NCBI GenBank assembly: GCA_040954595.2
Contig: CM082576.2
Coordinates: 10,233,129 to 10,297,128 of the forward strand
DNA: 64,000 nt
Direction of reading: 5' to 3'
From: Balanoglossus misakiensis
Taxonomy: Eukaryota > Animalia > Hemichordata
In this document: positions 1 to 23,007 of the stretch, one piece after another
Layout of the letters: the number at the start of each line of letters is the position of its first letter
Numbering within the stretch: the stretch's first letter is position 1
Position numbers and translations under genes: made by a program
The notes under the pieces: model-generated
The model's input: the letters and a program-made list of their open reading frames with translations, nothing else
Told to the model about the DNA's origin: nothing
Databases searched by the model: none

Positions 1-647
1 GAGAAAAGAAGAAGGAAAGGGTGAGGTGTGATCTGGGTTAGTTGCCACCAGACTTTGTGAGAAGTGGGAAATAAACGTGTAGGGTTAATTGTAGAACATT
101 AGTATTGTTCAAGATTGGGTGAAACTTGGCAAAGGAAGTTAGTTGACAGGGTATCAAACATCACCCGAGGCACCGACTGAGCCAAGACAGTAAACGAAAA
201 AGGACAGAAAAACACACACAAACCAAAAAAAAAATACAATTGGGGTTGGGGGTTACACTTTCTACTAAAATCCTCCATCTTTGCCCATTTTTATGGGCAA
301 ATGGTTAATTTTCCAGTAATTTTCAACAAGTCGGATTGGAGAATTTATTTTCTTTTGAGAGAATTCTATTTAGGATCAGATTAGTTCATAGGTTACAATA
401 TTACACAAATGCATGCACAAGCATCTGTACAATACATGTATGTGCACATATTACAAACTACGCTACCAAAATAGACCACATTGGACACGAGAGTTCTCGT
501 CACTCCTTATGTCACATTTCAATTACGAGCTAAACAAGAACTTCAGGGGGGTAAAAAAAAAGAAAGTTAGAGAGAATTGAGAATTATGAGGCCAGTTTTA
601 ACATGCAGTTAAAACCAGAGGTGGCATGCAGGTGGCTGGGACTATTA

Positions 648-9435
<8,788 letters not shown>

Positions 9436-12400
9436 GGGTTACCACCTGTAAGGGGAAATAAAAACATGGACAAAAATGAATTACAAAATCATTAGAATCA
9501 AAAGCATTTACAATCTACTGTTTTTTTAATGTAGTCCAGCAAGTGATTGGCAATAAACATACTTGGGGTTCCCCAGTGACAACATACAATGTACATATCA
9601 TGCTGGCATGTAATTTTCGCACATTATCTTTTAATTGAAAGATGGAGTGTGTTCACAATATACTGGTATGTTGTGTGTCACAATATTGTCAGTAACAACC
9701 AGTATGCCTGCCGTATTTACAATAACACTCCTACTCTACAAATGTATGCCCCCAGCAACCTGTGATTGTGAAGTGGGTGTGCAAGTAGTATCAATGTTGA
9801 CTCTGATTAATTAATATAGTTCACAAATCTGATGTGCGGATTAACACATCACAGAACAGTTAAAATAATTTATAACTTCAATCGTCTGTACATGTACATG
9901 TAGGTCACTTCAGTAACCATGGGTCCACACATTTTTTGGAGGAATATTCACCATTCGCCAGGAATAGTTCCTCTGAAAATCTGATTAGGCATGCAGATTT
10001 ATGCACAATATCACCTGATATGTGGGTTGTGGGGCAAATAATACATAAATTACAGTCACAAATTCATGCAATTTGAACATTATGGTAAAATATTACGGTC
10101 TGTACAATACTATGACACTGTGGTCAGTAATTTTCTCTGACATTTTCTGACACTAATGCACATTTCTACAAATCAATTAGACCAATAATGTAGTAAATTA
10201 TTTTTTAATTCACATTAATCATAATAGAGAATACTGCCAGGTTAATATTTTACTGCCAAGCCCATCTGACAGGGCATAGTTTTCTAACTGGTAAGCGTAG
10301 ACTAAAATAACTCCTAATAGCTCCAATTACATTTCACATGGATGATGTGGATAAAGCTGGTGCGATATGTGACATTTGAAAACACAAATCAATTTATAGA
10401 GTATTGTGTGAGATAATGAAACAACATGCATCCTCTGTAGAAAGTGGAGTCAGTGAGTATATTGTGTATCTGTGTTTTCACTAACAACATACCAATTAAT
10501 TAATAAATATAACACCTTTTGTCAGTAACAAAATTGAATTTTGCTGCTGGCAAAAGGGTGTTAATTTTATCACCCACAGCATATCAACTGCGATGACCCT
10601 GTACAACATGCAACGTGGCACATCAATTTCACCAATCATTCAATTAATTTTAAATTTCATGTTAGACATCCTATGAGTTTTAAAATAATTTGCTGATGTG
10701 TGCACACTGAATATGAATTCTATGCAGTTTATCTGTCAAATTATCTGCAGGTGATGACACAGATCTTAAAAACAGTGTATGAAATGATCGGATAACATAA
10801 CCGGAGCTGTTGAATATATCTGTTGATCTTTTTATTATTAATGGTGGCTACCACTTATGAAATATTCCTGTACTTGATGTTATATCTCAATTATCACTAT
10901 GTATATCATCATGACTGGTTTTCCTAGATTATCAATCGTACAGCAGTTCAGAGAAAGGTTAGGTTCCTAACAGCTGCATCTTATATTCCAAGTGGATGAT
11001 TGTGGGGTTGTCAAATTAATAAAAATCTTACAACACATGTGGTCACCAGCCAATGCTATTATGACAACAAACATGCACGCGTTATTCAATATTGCCGGAT
11101 GGATGAACTTTTTTTCAATATCACTTTTCCAACAGCGAAATACCTTACAGAGGAGCAAATACCTATGTTGTCAAGAATTTCAAGGATTCAGTTACCACTG
11201 ACGATGTAAAAAATTGGCATTGTCAATTGTTCTTTTACGTTTCAGGGTTAGCAGCCATTTACATGTTGAATTATTAAAATGGTTAATGTCGAACTGATAT
11301 TCACTGGAAAGACCCCCAAAGCTGCAAGCATTTTGATCAGACACAGACTTCAGAGTCCAAAGGAAATTAACAAAATTTCTACACATGGAAAGATGTTGCT
11401 TCCCTGTGGAACGAGATCTGTGGTATTGATCACCAAACATAATTGCTTTCACACGTTATGATTTTGTCACTCAAGGACAAAACAGTGTTATGGTCGTACA
11501 TCACAAACAAATTAAAATCAACTCATTATTGATATGGCAGCCATATTGGATTTTTCAAATTATCCCACTCATGTAATCAGTGATAATCTATCTAGTAATA
11601 TACTTCAACAAAGTGGCACAATGCCGGGTTTTTTCCCCACTTCACTCATTCCATTGCAATTTGAGGATAAAGGAAAATAATTGTTTAGTTTACAGCCGTT
11701 ACGCTTGACATTACATCCTGTTTTCCTACCAATAACTGAATGGTTCAGTTTATTTTGCCTTTTCTACCATAAACTCAGTTCTTATTACAGAGCTCCCTTA
11801 CATAATAATTTGATTTTGATTTTTAATGTGACCTTATTCTTACAAGTCAAAGAGTAATAAAAAGTGAAATGCTTCTGTATTTCACCCATATTGTGATTTG
11901 TCACGGTACCCAAAAGTGCACATGAAAATGATGAAGTGGTGACTCATTACAACCAGAAAAGTCCACACAAGACAAGACATTCCAAGAAGTGAACTGCTCT
12001 GTGATTTTTCTTAATATTCATAAATGTAAAAATAAACGTAAACATTTATCAGTCATGTGGTATGTTCTAGCAACACAAGCAGTATCATTATCAGGCAGAC
12101 TGACAGACAGAATATAAACATTATTATCAATAAAATATGTTCTCCTCAGTGACCACATAAATTATACAGCCCCCACCTCGAAAAGAAAATTCCAATAACT
12201 CGGCAAACTCACAGTAGAATTGAAATTGTGGAGCTCAATTGGCTGGTGTACTTGACCTTTTCTCAGGTAAACACAAAATCGTCTTGAAGAAATGTATTAA
12301 AATTTTATGTTAAGTATATTGTGTCGTGTGTTGAATCTTCACATCTTATGTTTATGTTAATGTGGTGTGCTTCAAGCTCCCAGCAGAAAGAATCCCAAAT

Positions 12401-12464
12401 CAATATATTATCACAATCAATTCTCGTCTGTCTTCGAGTTGAAACTTTTCCTTATATACATGTA

Positions 12465-12888
12465 CAGCCGAAATTATGAAAGGTCGCCGATTCAATATGT
12501 GATCTAGACGTCCTGTGTGCACTGAACACACGATGTGTTTATCTAACACAAACAACAGAACCTCTCATAAAAGAGATGCGGTATCATTAGACTAATTACA
12601 GATGGTAGTCTGGAAACACGCTCCCCCTCAGAGAGAGTTGTTTACTTGGGTACACTCTCAACATAAAGCGTATACACTTTGAGATTAAACTTTGACATCG
12701 TACCCAAGTAAACAACTCTCTCTGAGGGGGAGCGTGTTTCCAGACTACCATCTGTAATTAGTCTAATGATACCGCATCTCTTTTATGAGAGGTTCTGTTG
12801 TTTGTGTTAGATAAACACATCGTGTGTTCAGTGCACACAGGACGTCTAGATCACATATTGAATCGGCGACCTTTCATAATTTCGGCTG
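12465..12888. mobile_element. Foldback MITE with apparently perfect ~190-bp inverted arms and a TA TSD (Tc1/mariner-pogo-like ends)
   Basis: 12463-12653 is the reverse complement of 12700-12890, with a 46-bp spacer. Ends read TA|CAGCCG...CGGCTG|TA. Confidence 0.85.
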
Positions 12889-13282
12889 TATCTCCAATGA
12901 CCATATTATCTATATTTAATTAATATGCATGTATTCATTCAATTCAACCACATATTTATTCCACTTGACATATACATAATTATCGTTAAATTACAACACC
13001 GATACGTTAAGAACATATTCATTAATATCACAAAATAAAACTTGTGGGTGCTCGCGCTCTGACGAGTGTTACATGTAAGAGATAGTGACGTTGACAGATG
13101 AGTAGAAATGCAAATGGTTATGTCCTCAGAAAGAAAGGCCTTCAAAGTGGGCGGAAATATTGACCTGCCAGTGCCGAATTACAGTAATCTAATACAACGG
13201 TTGTTATCAGTTTCTTCGAGACTGGACACGATTTCCATCTCTAGCATTAACCAGTAGAAATTGGTATCACGATAACACCTAC

Positions 13283-13620
13283 CTGATTATGTTTTTGTCA
13301 ATTCACAGTAAAAAAAATATCGAAATTTCCCTTCGCCGATTCGATATATCCCCGATTTCCCCCGCGATGCCACAGTCACCGGCCACCAGCGCAGGGCAGT
13401 GAGTCCAGCCTAATCGATGTCGAATTAAAAACGGTCGGTCTCTTCGCCGTTTCCGGCTTAGGTCGGAAAGTTCCGCGTTTCGATTAACTGTCGAGAGGTC
13501 CTTGGATACGATTTTCGACGTCAAAACATGATTTTCTTGGCTTCAAACACAATTTTCCACACGATAATCCTCCGTCCCTACTCCCTGAAAATCGCTAGAC
13601 AAATATGGCTGCTCCGTCCG
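13283..13620 (-). other. Probable non-coding first exon / promoter region of KLC
   Basis: CpG-rich patch with a donor CAG|GTAGG at 13283/13282 on the minus strand, upstream of the acceptor at 9445. The transcription start position is approximate. Confidence 0.55.
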
Positions 13621-14653
13621 ACCCACAATGCATTGCGGATCATATGACTCACTACAGTGTCCAGCATGCACGTCTGGCATAATGTAATGGTGACGAATAC
13701 GCATTATGATTAGCATATATATATGATGACACTCACGAAAACATATCAATAAATTCATATTTTAAATCTATTAATAACCATAAAATAATGTTTGACCTCA
13801 AATGTGGACTAACTGATTGCAAAATGCTAGTAGTGGTAGGCAAAGCACCACTAAGTTTCAGAAATGTAACGTGCATGCTGGATGAAAATGTGGGAAAAAG
13901 TTTGCGCTTTGGGCTAGAATATGAGAAGATCTATATTTAATAAGTTAGTAAATAATTACATCACCATATTGTAACAGTATCAGTTCAGTTGGGGTCTGTT
14001 TTGAGAGCAGTCATTTTACAATGCAAAGTTCTCAGGTATTCAGGGCTAGCATTTGTGATCAAATGTGCTGCAGGTTAAATAATACATTCGTTTTGGGGCT
14101 ATTGTCAGGACCCCTATGTATATACATGTGCGGGTAGGCCTACATGGCGTTCAATATTTGTTGGATATTGCTTTTCGACAAGTTTTATTTGACGCTGCAT
14201 GCGTCAAAGATAGACTGAAACAGGCCTAATGTAAAACCTGTCTTTCCTTTTCAGACAACGGCATTGGCCTGCTTGTCAAAATAACGTTTAGAAAGTTAAC
14301 TGGAAAAGCAATGAGACTCGAGACTAGAACGACACTAAAATATACAAAAAGTTAACATTTGTTTTGCCACGTGACATTTCAGCAGAATATTGCGACACGG
14401 ACGGTCAGTGTAGATTCGAAGTTCTACTCAGAAGATTCTGATAGGCTTACCATATATACCACACATTACTAATACGCAAACGAACGTACCCAAGAGAAAA
14501 CAACAACAGAACTTGACTCTAATGATTCCAACAACTTGACATTCTTACAGGTCCTGGAATCTCGACCGAACGAAATTTTGTTTTCTTAATATATAAAATT
14601 AAATTAATATGATAACCTGCAGAAATACACTTGTTGGGAATGCGCTGGCGCTC

Positions 14654-14666
14654 GTTTCCTGGCAAC
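14654..14666 (+). promoter_or_regulatory. RFX X-box upstream of the ciliary gene
   Basis: GTTTCCTGGCAAC matches the X-box consensus, about 150 bp upstream of the ATG at 14809. Confidence 0.7.
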
Positions 14667-14808
14667 CGTGGTTCGATTCACATTTGGAACAAGAATAATT
14701 CGACTTTTAGAAGGAAGCGTAAGCGCCCTGTTTTACCGGGGGAGAGAAGAAAGTTATGATAACATTCTAGACAGATTTTGTGCGAGACTAAATTTCGTTG
14801 CAAGCGAA

Positions 14809-16572
14809 ATGCTTGGCGGGAGAAGTTTAGTTGGGAAGACTAATTGCAACTTTGTCCACAACGATGAAATATGGTGAGTATTATAAAGCAACAATTTTTA
14901 ATCTTCCGTGAGGCGAAATCCCGAACTTTGTCTACTGTGCACGACCTTCCTGACTGGCAAGCGTCAAGTGTGGGTTTCTCCACACGATTGTAAATCCACG
15001 TGTTAAAAATATTATTCTGTGTTTTTTTTTTTAATAATACAATGTGCATGGTTTTGCCAACCATAATGCAAGTGATCTAGTTTTTAAGTCTACAATATAT
15101 TTTCGTCGGTGTGACAAGGTTTACATCTGATTTGGCTAACAATCGTTTTATTTTAAGGATCAGAGAGTCAGTCAAGCGTAGTTAAACTAAATACCTTTCT
15201 CTGTTCACTATTGTTTAATTCAACAATGCTTTTCACATTGTCTTCAGAAGAAAGACACGTTTCAGTTCAATTGCGCCTTCTATAATTTCAACAAATGCCG
15301 TCCAATTTGACCAAACCATGGAACCCCGTACATCCCGTGTTATGTACTTGTGAACTTCTTTAGTAATATGATTATAGGTTAAGCTTATCTTACATCTGAT
15401 CAACATTAAATGAAAATGGACAACAATTTACAAGTACTCATAACTGTTAAATTCTACAAGTTGAAAGTAAACCTAAGATCTACTGTATAACGTATTATCC
15501 TGCCTACAGCATATGGAGAATGATACGAAGTGCTTCATTCAGTCTTGTGGTAGTGGGTGACAGAGACGCTTGTTCTAATTCTTGGAGTACCTTTTATCGC
15601 TTTCCCTGATTTTTAGGAAAGATCATGTCAACTACGAGTTGCAGTCCCTAAGAAAATGGCCTGACAAGTGGGGGTTTCTGACGCACGAATACAGCAGAAT
15701 GCACAAGAGACTCGTCGGCGAGAGTCCAAGCCCAGAATTTCCGCCAATCATTGGCAAAAGCGGCAGCCCTGAGCTGCTGCCGTCTTTGACTCGGACACCA
15801 AGTAGACCGCCGTCCAGGGATTCCAAGCGGAGACCCCTGGAAGAGCGAGCTGCTGAAAGAGCAGAAGAAACCAAATTGCCATCATTGGTGCAAGCGAAAC
15901 CAGGGTAGGCCTATTATGGTTATACAGTCAAATATTGGAAATATGTGATCATGGGGTGTCATTCCGTCAGTGGGCAATGTCATGCCGCAAAAAGTCGTAG
16001 TATAAGAAAGAGTATAGGAATGAAGTTTTGGTAGTGCCATCCTGTATATAAGCACTTTTTTCGACAGACCTATAGGTTTAATAGTCCAAACTCACAACAT
16101 TTTTGCTCGGTCCCAGATTTTGTAAATAAAAGGGGGTTTTGGTCAACTTCTTCCCCATAGTTCACAAAAAGGGTGTTTTTGTTGAGTCCTGGAAAAGAGT
16201 GATCTTATAACTTTGCGTAACGCGCACGGACGCCCACTTTCCCTGGGAGTGCCACCAGGCCGGACTGGTCTGGGTTGGGATTTTGGCAAGCAGAAATGCA
16301 TGCATGATCATACACGTCTACTGAGCGTCTGTATTTGTCTGTCTTCAAGACCCACAGGTCAAGTTAGGAAACACGAGGAACTTCCGTTTGAAAAACGCAT
16401 TACAATTGAAAGTCGTGTGCCGTTCCCGCGAACGACTGCCGAAGAAATTGGTTGGAAGTCCGCCAGACCAGAGTACATGCTGGAAAAGTATGGAAGATAT
16501 CTCAGTCCGAACGCTAGAGGGCAGCAGGGTATAAGAAAAATGCTGAAGTGGCCTTACCAAGGACTGTATTAA
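14809..16572 (+). CDS. Ciliary microtubule inner protein, C20orf85/CIMIP1 (LLC1)-family. Exons 14809-14873, 15617-15904, 16350-16572
   Basis: NFVHNDEIWKDHV..E...KWPDKWGFL and PRTTAEEIGWKS...LKWPYQGLY resemble human C20orf85 motifs (QDEIWK..WPQNWGFL, PQTTQGFIGWRS, LCWPKQGVH). Splice phases are consistent. AATAAA at 16631. The exact paralog is uncertain. Confidence 0.8.
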
Positions 16573-18582
16573 AAGTTGATACGACTCATGTATTCAGAGT
16601 TTCAAGTGTTTGTGTGTGTATTAAAGATTGAATAAAAGACAGTGAAACATTTGTCGACAATACTTGGTCTAGTTTCTTTTCAAGAAAATTCCCTTGTGGT
16701 GTAAGAATTAATGAACTCTCTGGTTTCAATTTCGGTCAATTTAAATTGACTGAAAAATACCTTCTCGTCAAGCTGAACTATGCATGGTATTTGACTTCCA
16801 TACAAAATGCCCAGAGAATGTTGGCGAGAATCTAGTTCCCGGTTTATTCCACGTACAATACCTGAATCATTTTTCCTGCAAGCACACACCAATTAAAGTA
16901 CACCTCATCGGCAACAGTATGTTTATCTGTGTATGTGCATGTGTTTATATGTTTGTGCACCTGCCTGCGCATTGCAGGTGTGTAAGTGCAACAGGACACA
17001 CAACTAAATAACATTGTAAAATACGGAACAAAAACAGACCAACTTATGCACACATTGACATTTATTCCTATCTGACAGTTTTACAATGTCATTTAATCTC
17101 AAAACATCCGAAGCAGAGATTGAGAATATTTTACTAGAACAATTCTTCTTATGCAATGATAGCATCCCCTGTGGGGTAAAGAAAGACAAAAAAAACAATT
17201 TCTTAAATTACCATGTACTCTCTCATTATTGAGCACTCTCTTTGGGAGTTACTCATCTAGAACAATTGAAGAGAGGGGCCATGAAGTCAGAACTATTACA
17301 ATTAACACCATACCAGCAAACATCGAGGCATTTTTAGAGCAAATTGTCAGGGACCAGACCAGTGAGTTCTACTTTATATGCAACGACTTGTGTCTTCGAA
17401 AAAAAAATTAACAAAACACACTTTATAAGTGCAATTTTCTTTAAAGTCAATATACTTTGAAAATTGAACAGTAACAGTTTCTGAAAAATTGTTGGTGCTA
17501 TCAACACCAATGATCAATGAGTGAAACCTCCACCTTGAATTATAGCTCTTAATATTGTGATTTATATGTAGCGTGCCTTTTTTGGAAAAGGTTATATTCC
17601 AAATTGTAATCTCTTATAATTTTTAATATAAATATTTAGGTGAAATTCTACTGCAAAAAGCACAAATGCTGGATATACCAGTACATGTGAAATATCTGTG
17701 CAATTATTCTCATCAAGAGCAATACTTAGTCATCTTCGAAGAAGTACTTCAGCTCGCACACAATGTGTCCATATGCCGAGAGGGTACACACTACATGTAT
17801 ATGGTTAACAATATACGCTTGTTTATTTGTGTACGGTACCCAAAAGCTGTCCAAAATTGAGTGGTGTAAAGACAGTAACTGTTCTCCACTGCAATGTGTA
17901 AAACTTCAAACAGTATTGCTCCAGGCATCTGTTGAGTCTGTAAGTTGGCATGAAGTGTGAATCACTCGATAGCGATTTTACATTGTGGTTTCACCCATTG
18001 AACACATCCACATTCTTTGTTTATACAAACTGCCTTTTTACATAAGGTACAGAACACTAAATGTTTCAATGTTTTTCCAAATAAACATTAGAGAATATCT
18101 TATAACTAACCAGTACACAATTCCTTTTCAGGAAGTGATTTTTGGCAACTTTGCTGCTTATCACTGCACGATCGTTTGTGGTTTAAAGAAACAAAACCAC
18201 CACCTTCCACCATTATAGCCAGGTACGAGTTATAGTTCCTAAAGTTCAAATATTCATCATAACTGTGCAAGAATACTCTTATCGTGCTTCAGAAAAAAAA
18301 ATCATACAGAAATTTGTGATGGGATTTCACAATGAAATGCTACACCATTCAAACATGATCAAAAACCTGTACAGTAGCACAAAATGGTTGTCATCTTCAA
18401 TGAGAAACATGAATTTTGTGCTGCCTGTACAATAGCAAGTCTCTCCAAACAAACAATTAAAATAAACAAAAGTCAGATTATACCAGTACAACTAACTTTA
18501 AGTAATATATGGTGCATGGAAGAAATGGTTCTGGTCCCTGATTTTTGGCATGAATATCCGCGAAGGTTTCAAATGTGTTTTT

Positions 18583-21500
18583 TTAGATCTCATCGATGTC
18601 AAAGTCATCTTCCTCGTCTGGTGGTGGCTGTTGCTGCTTGCTCTCGGCTTTGGTCGGCAGAGACTCGACTTTCAACCCGCTACCGCTCTGGTGGGAGTAC
18701 ACCACCTGGTCAATGAAAATCCAAGAGGAAGCACGTTTTAAAATCAACGCATTCATGATGCACTGAGTAAACTGTACACACTAACCACAGTTCCACACAA
18801 CTGATACTCCTGGAGCATATGTAATAGAACAAATTCAGTTGGCTGTATTATGTCATAACCAGTGTGTCCTATAAACCCATAATTATGATGGTCCACTGAC
18901 TCAACAAACTAACTGGTTACTCAAGAAAATTATCCACAATACATGGTAAAGGGGCCAATTAGGAGAAATTTCTAGAAATCCTCAAATTGACACAAATTAT
19001 GTTTGTTAGAGGGCACACTGGTTCTAACACATCCTGCACACCATGATTCCCCACACCAAGTCATGTGACACACAGCTTTATTTCAATTAGTCAAAGCATC
19101 TACTCAAAAAAAGGTCTGTGGTTTAATATGACAATGTGACAGGAACTTCTGTGGTTTACTTACCTCAACACCTTCCTCTTCCTCGCTAGATTCTTCATCA
19201 GCTTCTTCCAACCATTTGATGAACGGTCCGGCTTTCTCGTGGATCTGTTGAGATACCTCCCTAGGCACAAACTTCTTGGATGGCTGATACAAATGCAAAT
19301 AATTACACTTAGTAAGTATCCTTTATAAGCACAAAATGGTTATATCCCCCCCCCCCCCTCGTCCTTTTCAACAGAGTTGAACTATGCCTTTTTGATATGG
19401 CATGATTTCCATTTTCATTGATGGCAAAATAATTTTAGAACAGCAGTTCCCCTAATTCGCTTCACCAGACTGCCAGGCTAAAACAGGACTTCTGAATAGC
19501 TATGGGTACATGTGACCAACAACAGCAAGATTTATCTTATTGTTGTGACGATGAAATATCACACCACCAGCTTTATTATGACTACTTCGCATAGGAATGC
19601 AGACATTCAACAATATTTGAAATAAGGCCAGCACATTTTAGTACTACATATTTAACACTTCCAAAAAATTCCTCAAGTTTCACACACACACACATACATA
19701 CAGTATATAATGATCCAAATTATTTGGGGCTAAAACCATCAGAGTTTTCACAGTCCAATTTGGTGCAAATAAATCTCTAAAGTTTTTACGCAAATGAGAT
19801 GACCTTTTGATTTACCTTCTTGCCCCAAGCGATGATGACATCTTCTTCAAGGAGATCAGCGTCATACAGCATCTTCAAGATGTGCAGCACTTTGGGCATC
19901 AGTTCATCGGGATGGACCTTGCCGACAAGAATTTCCAATGCACCCAGCAGATTTTTCTGTGCCTTCTTGCTGTCATGTACAATCTAAGGGAACAAAACTT
20001 ACTATGAAATTTGGAGCAGTAACCACATTCTTTCTGAATTCTTGAGTAATTTTGCATGTAATTACATGTTATTTTTCTGACACACACGCACACACATGAT
20101 GGGCAGCTGGTTGGAAAAGATGCAAATTTTATTTCAAACTCACCCTCAGGAAGAGCAATCGGTACTCTTTGATCTGAGCGATCATGTTTTTGTCAAACAG
20201 CAGCTCTGCCAAAACCAAAGGAGCCTTGTCTTTCACTTCAAGACGTTCAGCTTCTGCCAAAATCTCTTTGTCAGCTCCACCCAACTGTCCGTTTTCCTTC
20301 TTCATCTGTTAAAACAACGAACAAAATGCTGTCACATCATGAAACTCAGTTGGGCCATGAGTGTAGAATGGGGCACTTTCTGCTTGTGGCTCAAATGAAT
20401 CCACTACACACACAAAACATAATTGTATAATTTTTTTCACTTTCCTTCTAGATTCATTATTTTGCATATCATTTACTCAATATCCAAGATGTTCTACCTT
20501 TACGTAATTGTAGAAGAGATCCACACGTTCCCCTTGGGTCTTCTCCAGATCATCAGTCAGAGTCATCCCTTTGGCACCATCAGTGAGAGCTTCCATGCGT
20601 TCAGCCACAGCGGTTGCTGAGGTGTCCACACTCCATTCAACATCATCATCATTGATATGAGTCTCTATCTGTAAATTGAAAAAAAAATAAAATATCTATA
20701 TACACTCATGTACTTGGGTGAATAAAAACACGGCCCTCATCCCAGCAACAAATGCAAAAATTGCACAATTGCTCTTGGCAGATTGTAAAACTTGTGCTAC
20801 TACAATGTGATGTACATGTCAACTTAAAAATATTGTTTTACAATGTTGGCTGCATGATGCCTGCTCATTATATCACGAAGCAGGATTCAGGGTAACATGC
20901 AAGCCCCTTAGCAAAAACACATGAAAATAAACGGAGGAGGAAGATTTCCCTATTACCTTCTGTGGGGCTTCCACCATTTTATCTTCTTCCGGTGTAGGGC
21001 TGGAAGCACCAGTGGGTGAATGTCTATCTGCTTCGCCGTTCTGCTGCTGCTTCACTTTCTTTCCCTTGGCCTTCTTATCCTTCTTGCTGGGTGTAGAGGA
21101 GGCGTCTTGGTCTGGAGGATGCTTCAGGATGAATGTGGTCAGTCTGTGCCGCATGTCCACGGCACCTTGGTGTCCACAAGCGATGCATCGCTGACCAATG
21201 GTCTGGGCCTTGTTATTTACAACCTGGTGAGACAAAAGCAGAAATCGGTCTGAGTCAATACCATGCATTTCTTAAAGTTAAAGTTAGTAACAAAACCAAG
21301 GCCATATCACAGCCCAACTCGGAAATATTCACAAACCAAATTGTGAAATGCATGACGTTTGTCCAGTTTTTTTCTTTCCAGTGTTCTAATTTATATCTGC
21401 CCTATACTTTTAATACTGCTGGTATTTGTAATAAATATTAATTTTTTCGGGTTCAAGCCTTTTCTTTTTTTATTTGCCTTTCTGTGTGAACTTTGCCCAT

Positions 21501-23007
21501 GTCCTAGTTCTGCCTTCTCTGGCAAAGGTCATACCACAGGTCACACCACACGTCACACAATCTTTTTTTCCCCTTTTCGTTTACCCATTTATCAATTGGT
21601 CATTCTATCAATAAGAGACACCGACAACACACTTTAGCAGATACAAGATGTTGCAAGTGCCTTCACTCGTAAAATAGACGAATCAATGTCCCAGTGTACA
21701 GAAATGACAAGCTTGACAGATGTGATTAAAGAGCACAAAACAGAAAATGCATAAATTATGCTAATTAGTCAACATGAGCAGTCTCAACATTTTGCCAAAT
21801 ATTTAACTGTTCAGGACCCTGGGCTCTTGCCAGGAGAAATAAGGCACCATATGGGGGATTGTGGAATTGTCAGAAAAAGCTATTTCTGTTTTATATGATC
21901 AGAGAATAGGCAAAGCTATATATATTCATTTGCGACACATTTACAAAGACAATATGGTACAAATTTACTTCACAGACAAACAGTGTTTTGTCAAACGCGA
22001 GTCAAACAATTATAGTAGCAGCGTACTAACCAAATTTGTCTCTGGGTTATCGCACTCAGGACACAGGACAAATTTAATAATGAAGCCATCAAGCATGTCT
22101 TGCAACTTGGCAGCATCATGAGAGCCATTCACCACAAAACGGTCGTTCTTCTGATCCATCTGGGTTTGTGCCCCTAACTCACAACCAAAGTATTTGGTAG
22201 GGTCTGTAGGGTGGGAAACAGGTTCGACTTTGTCAATTTTAATTTGCACAAGATGGTGACATTTTCAGGTTTGATAGAAGAATTGGCAACACATATACAA
22301 AATCCAGTCTGGATACAATGCACCGATAAAAAGTTATGCGTTCATTTAGATCTGCGTTTGCAGAATGCAAAGCACATGACAATACTTACAGGTAGGTGGT
22401 CTGTCAAGAGCCTTAGCAACATCAACCATGTTAACAATAACAGTTTTGATTCCATTACCCCGCCCTTCAACCTGTTGCACGAAGAAAGAGAAAAAAAAAC
22501 CCTTTCATTTACAGATCACATATCATCTGAAACTATTCAAACCTATCCAACTGACTCACGGAACCAAAATCCATTCAGATTCAACATGGTCTAATGAAAT
22601 GTCGTCACAAGCGACGCCCCTGTTCCTGTCAACAGACTTTCAGCACAAGGAGGGTTATTGCAAAGTGTTGACATTTTTTTAACGAACTGACAATCGCCTT
22701 GTATTATCAGAAGTTACCCACTTGTCAGGGAATTCTGTTAACTTCTGAAAGGACGAGTTTACAAAATAAGATACATGCTTGATGGGAAAGTCGGATGGCA
22801 GCATCAATTTCAAAGAATAACTTAAGCAGCAATGTACACGAATGCAGAATAGATTTACATATAAAAGCTCCTATACTGGAACAATTTTTTCATTTTCTGC
22901 GTTTGTGAAAACATTTCTGACACATCGCAACGAACCTTTGCTATGAGGCGAGGCATTTTGTATCTGTAAAACTGGTCGGTGACATTTCGATTGACATTGA
23001 GCGCCAT
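18583..23007 (-). CDS. EIF5: Eukaryotic translation initiation factor 5. Exons 23007-22936, 22471-22390, 22203-22031, 21223-20957, 20668-20498, 20305-20144, 19983-19816, 19283-19164, 18705-18583
   Basis: [53 protein letters not shown], zinc finger [12 protein letters not shown]...CIACG, W2 domain [13 protein letters not shown], and C-terminus DDFDIDEI. Confidence 0.98.
18860..19020. mobile_element. Second, more degenerate copy of the hAT-like MITE (last eIF5 intron)
   Basis: CAGTGTGTCCTATAA...TTAGAGGGCACACTG with 8-bp flanks GTCATAAC / GTTCTAAC. Confidence 0.6.
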
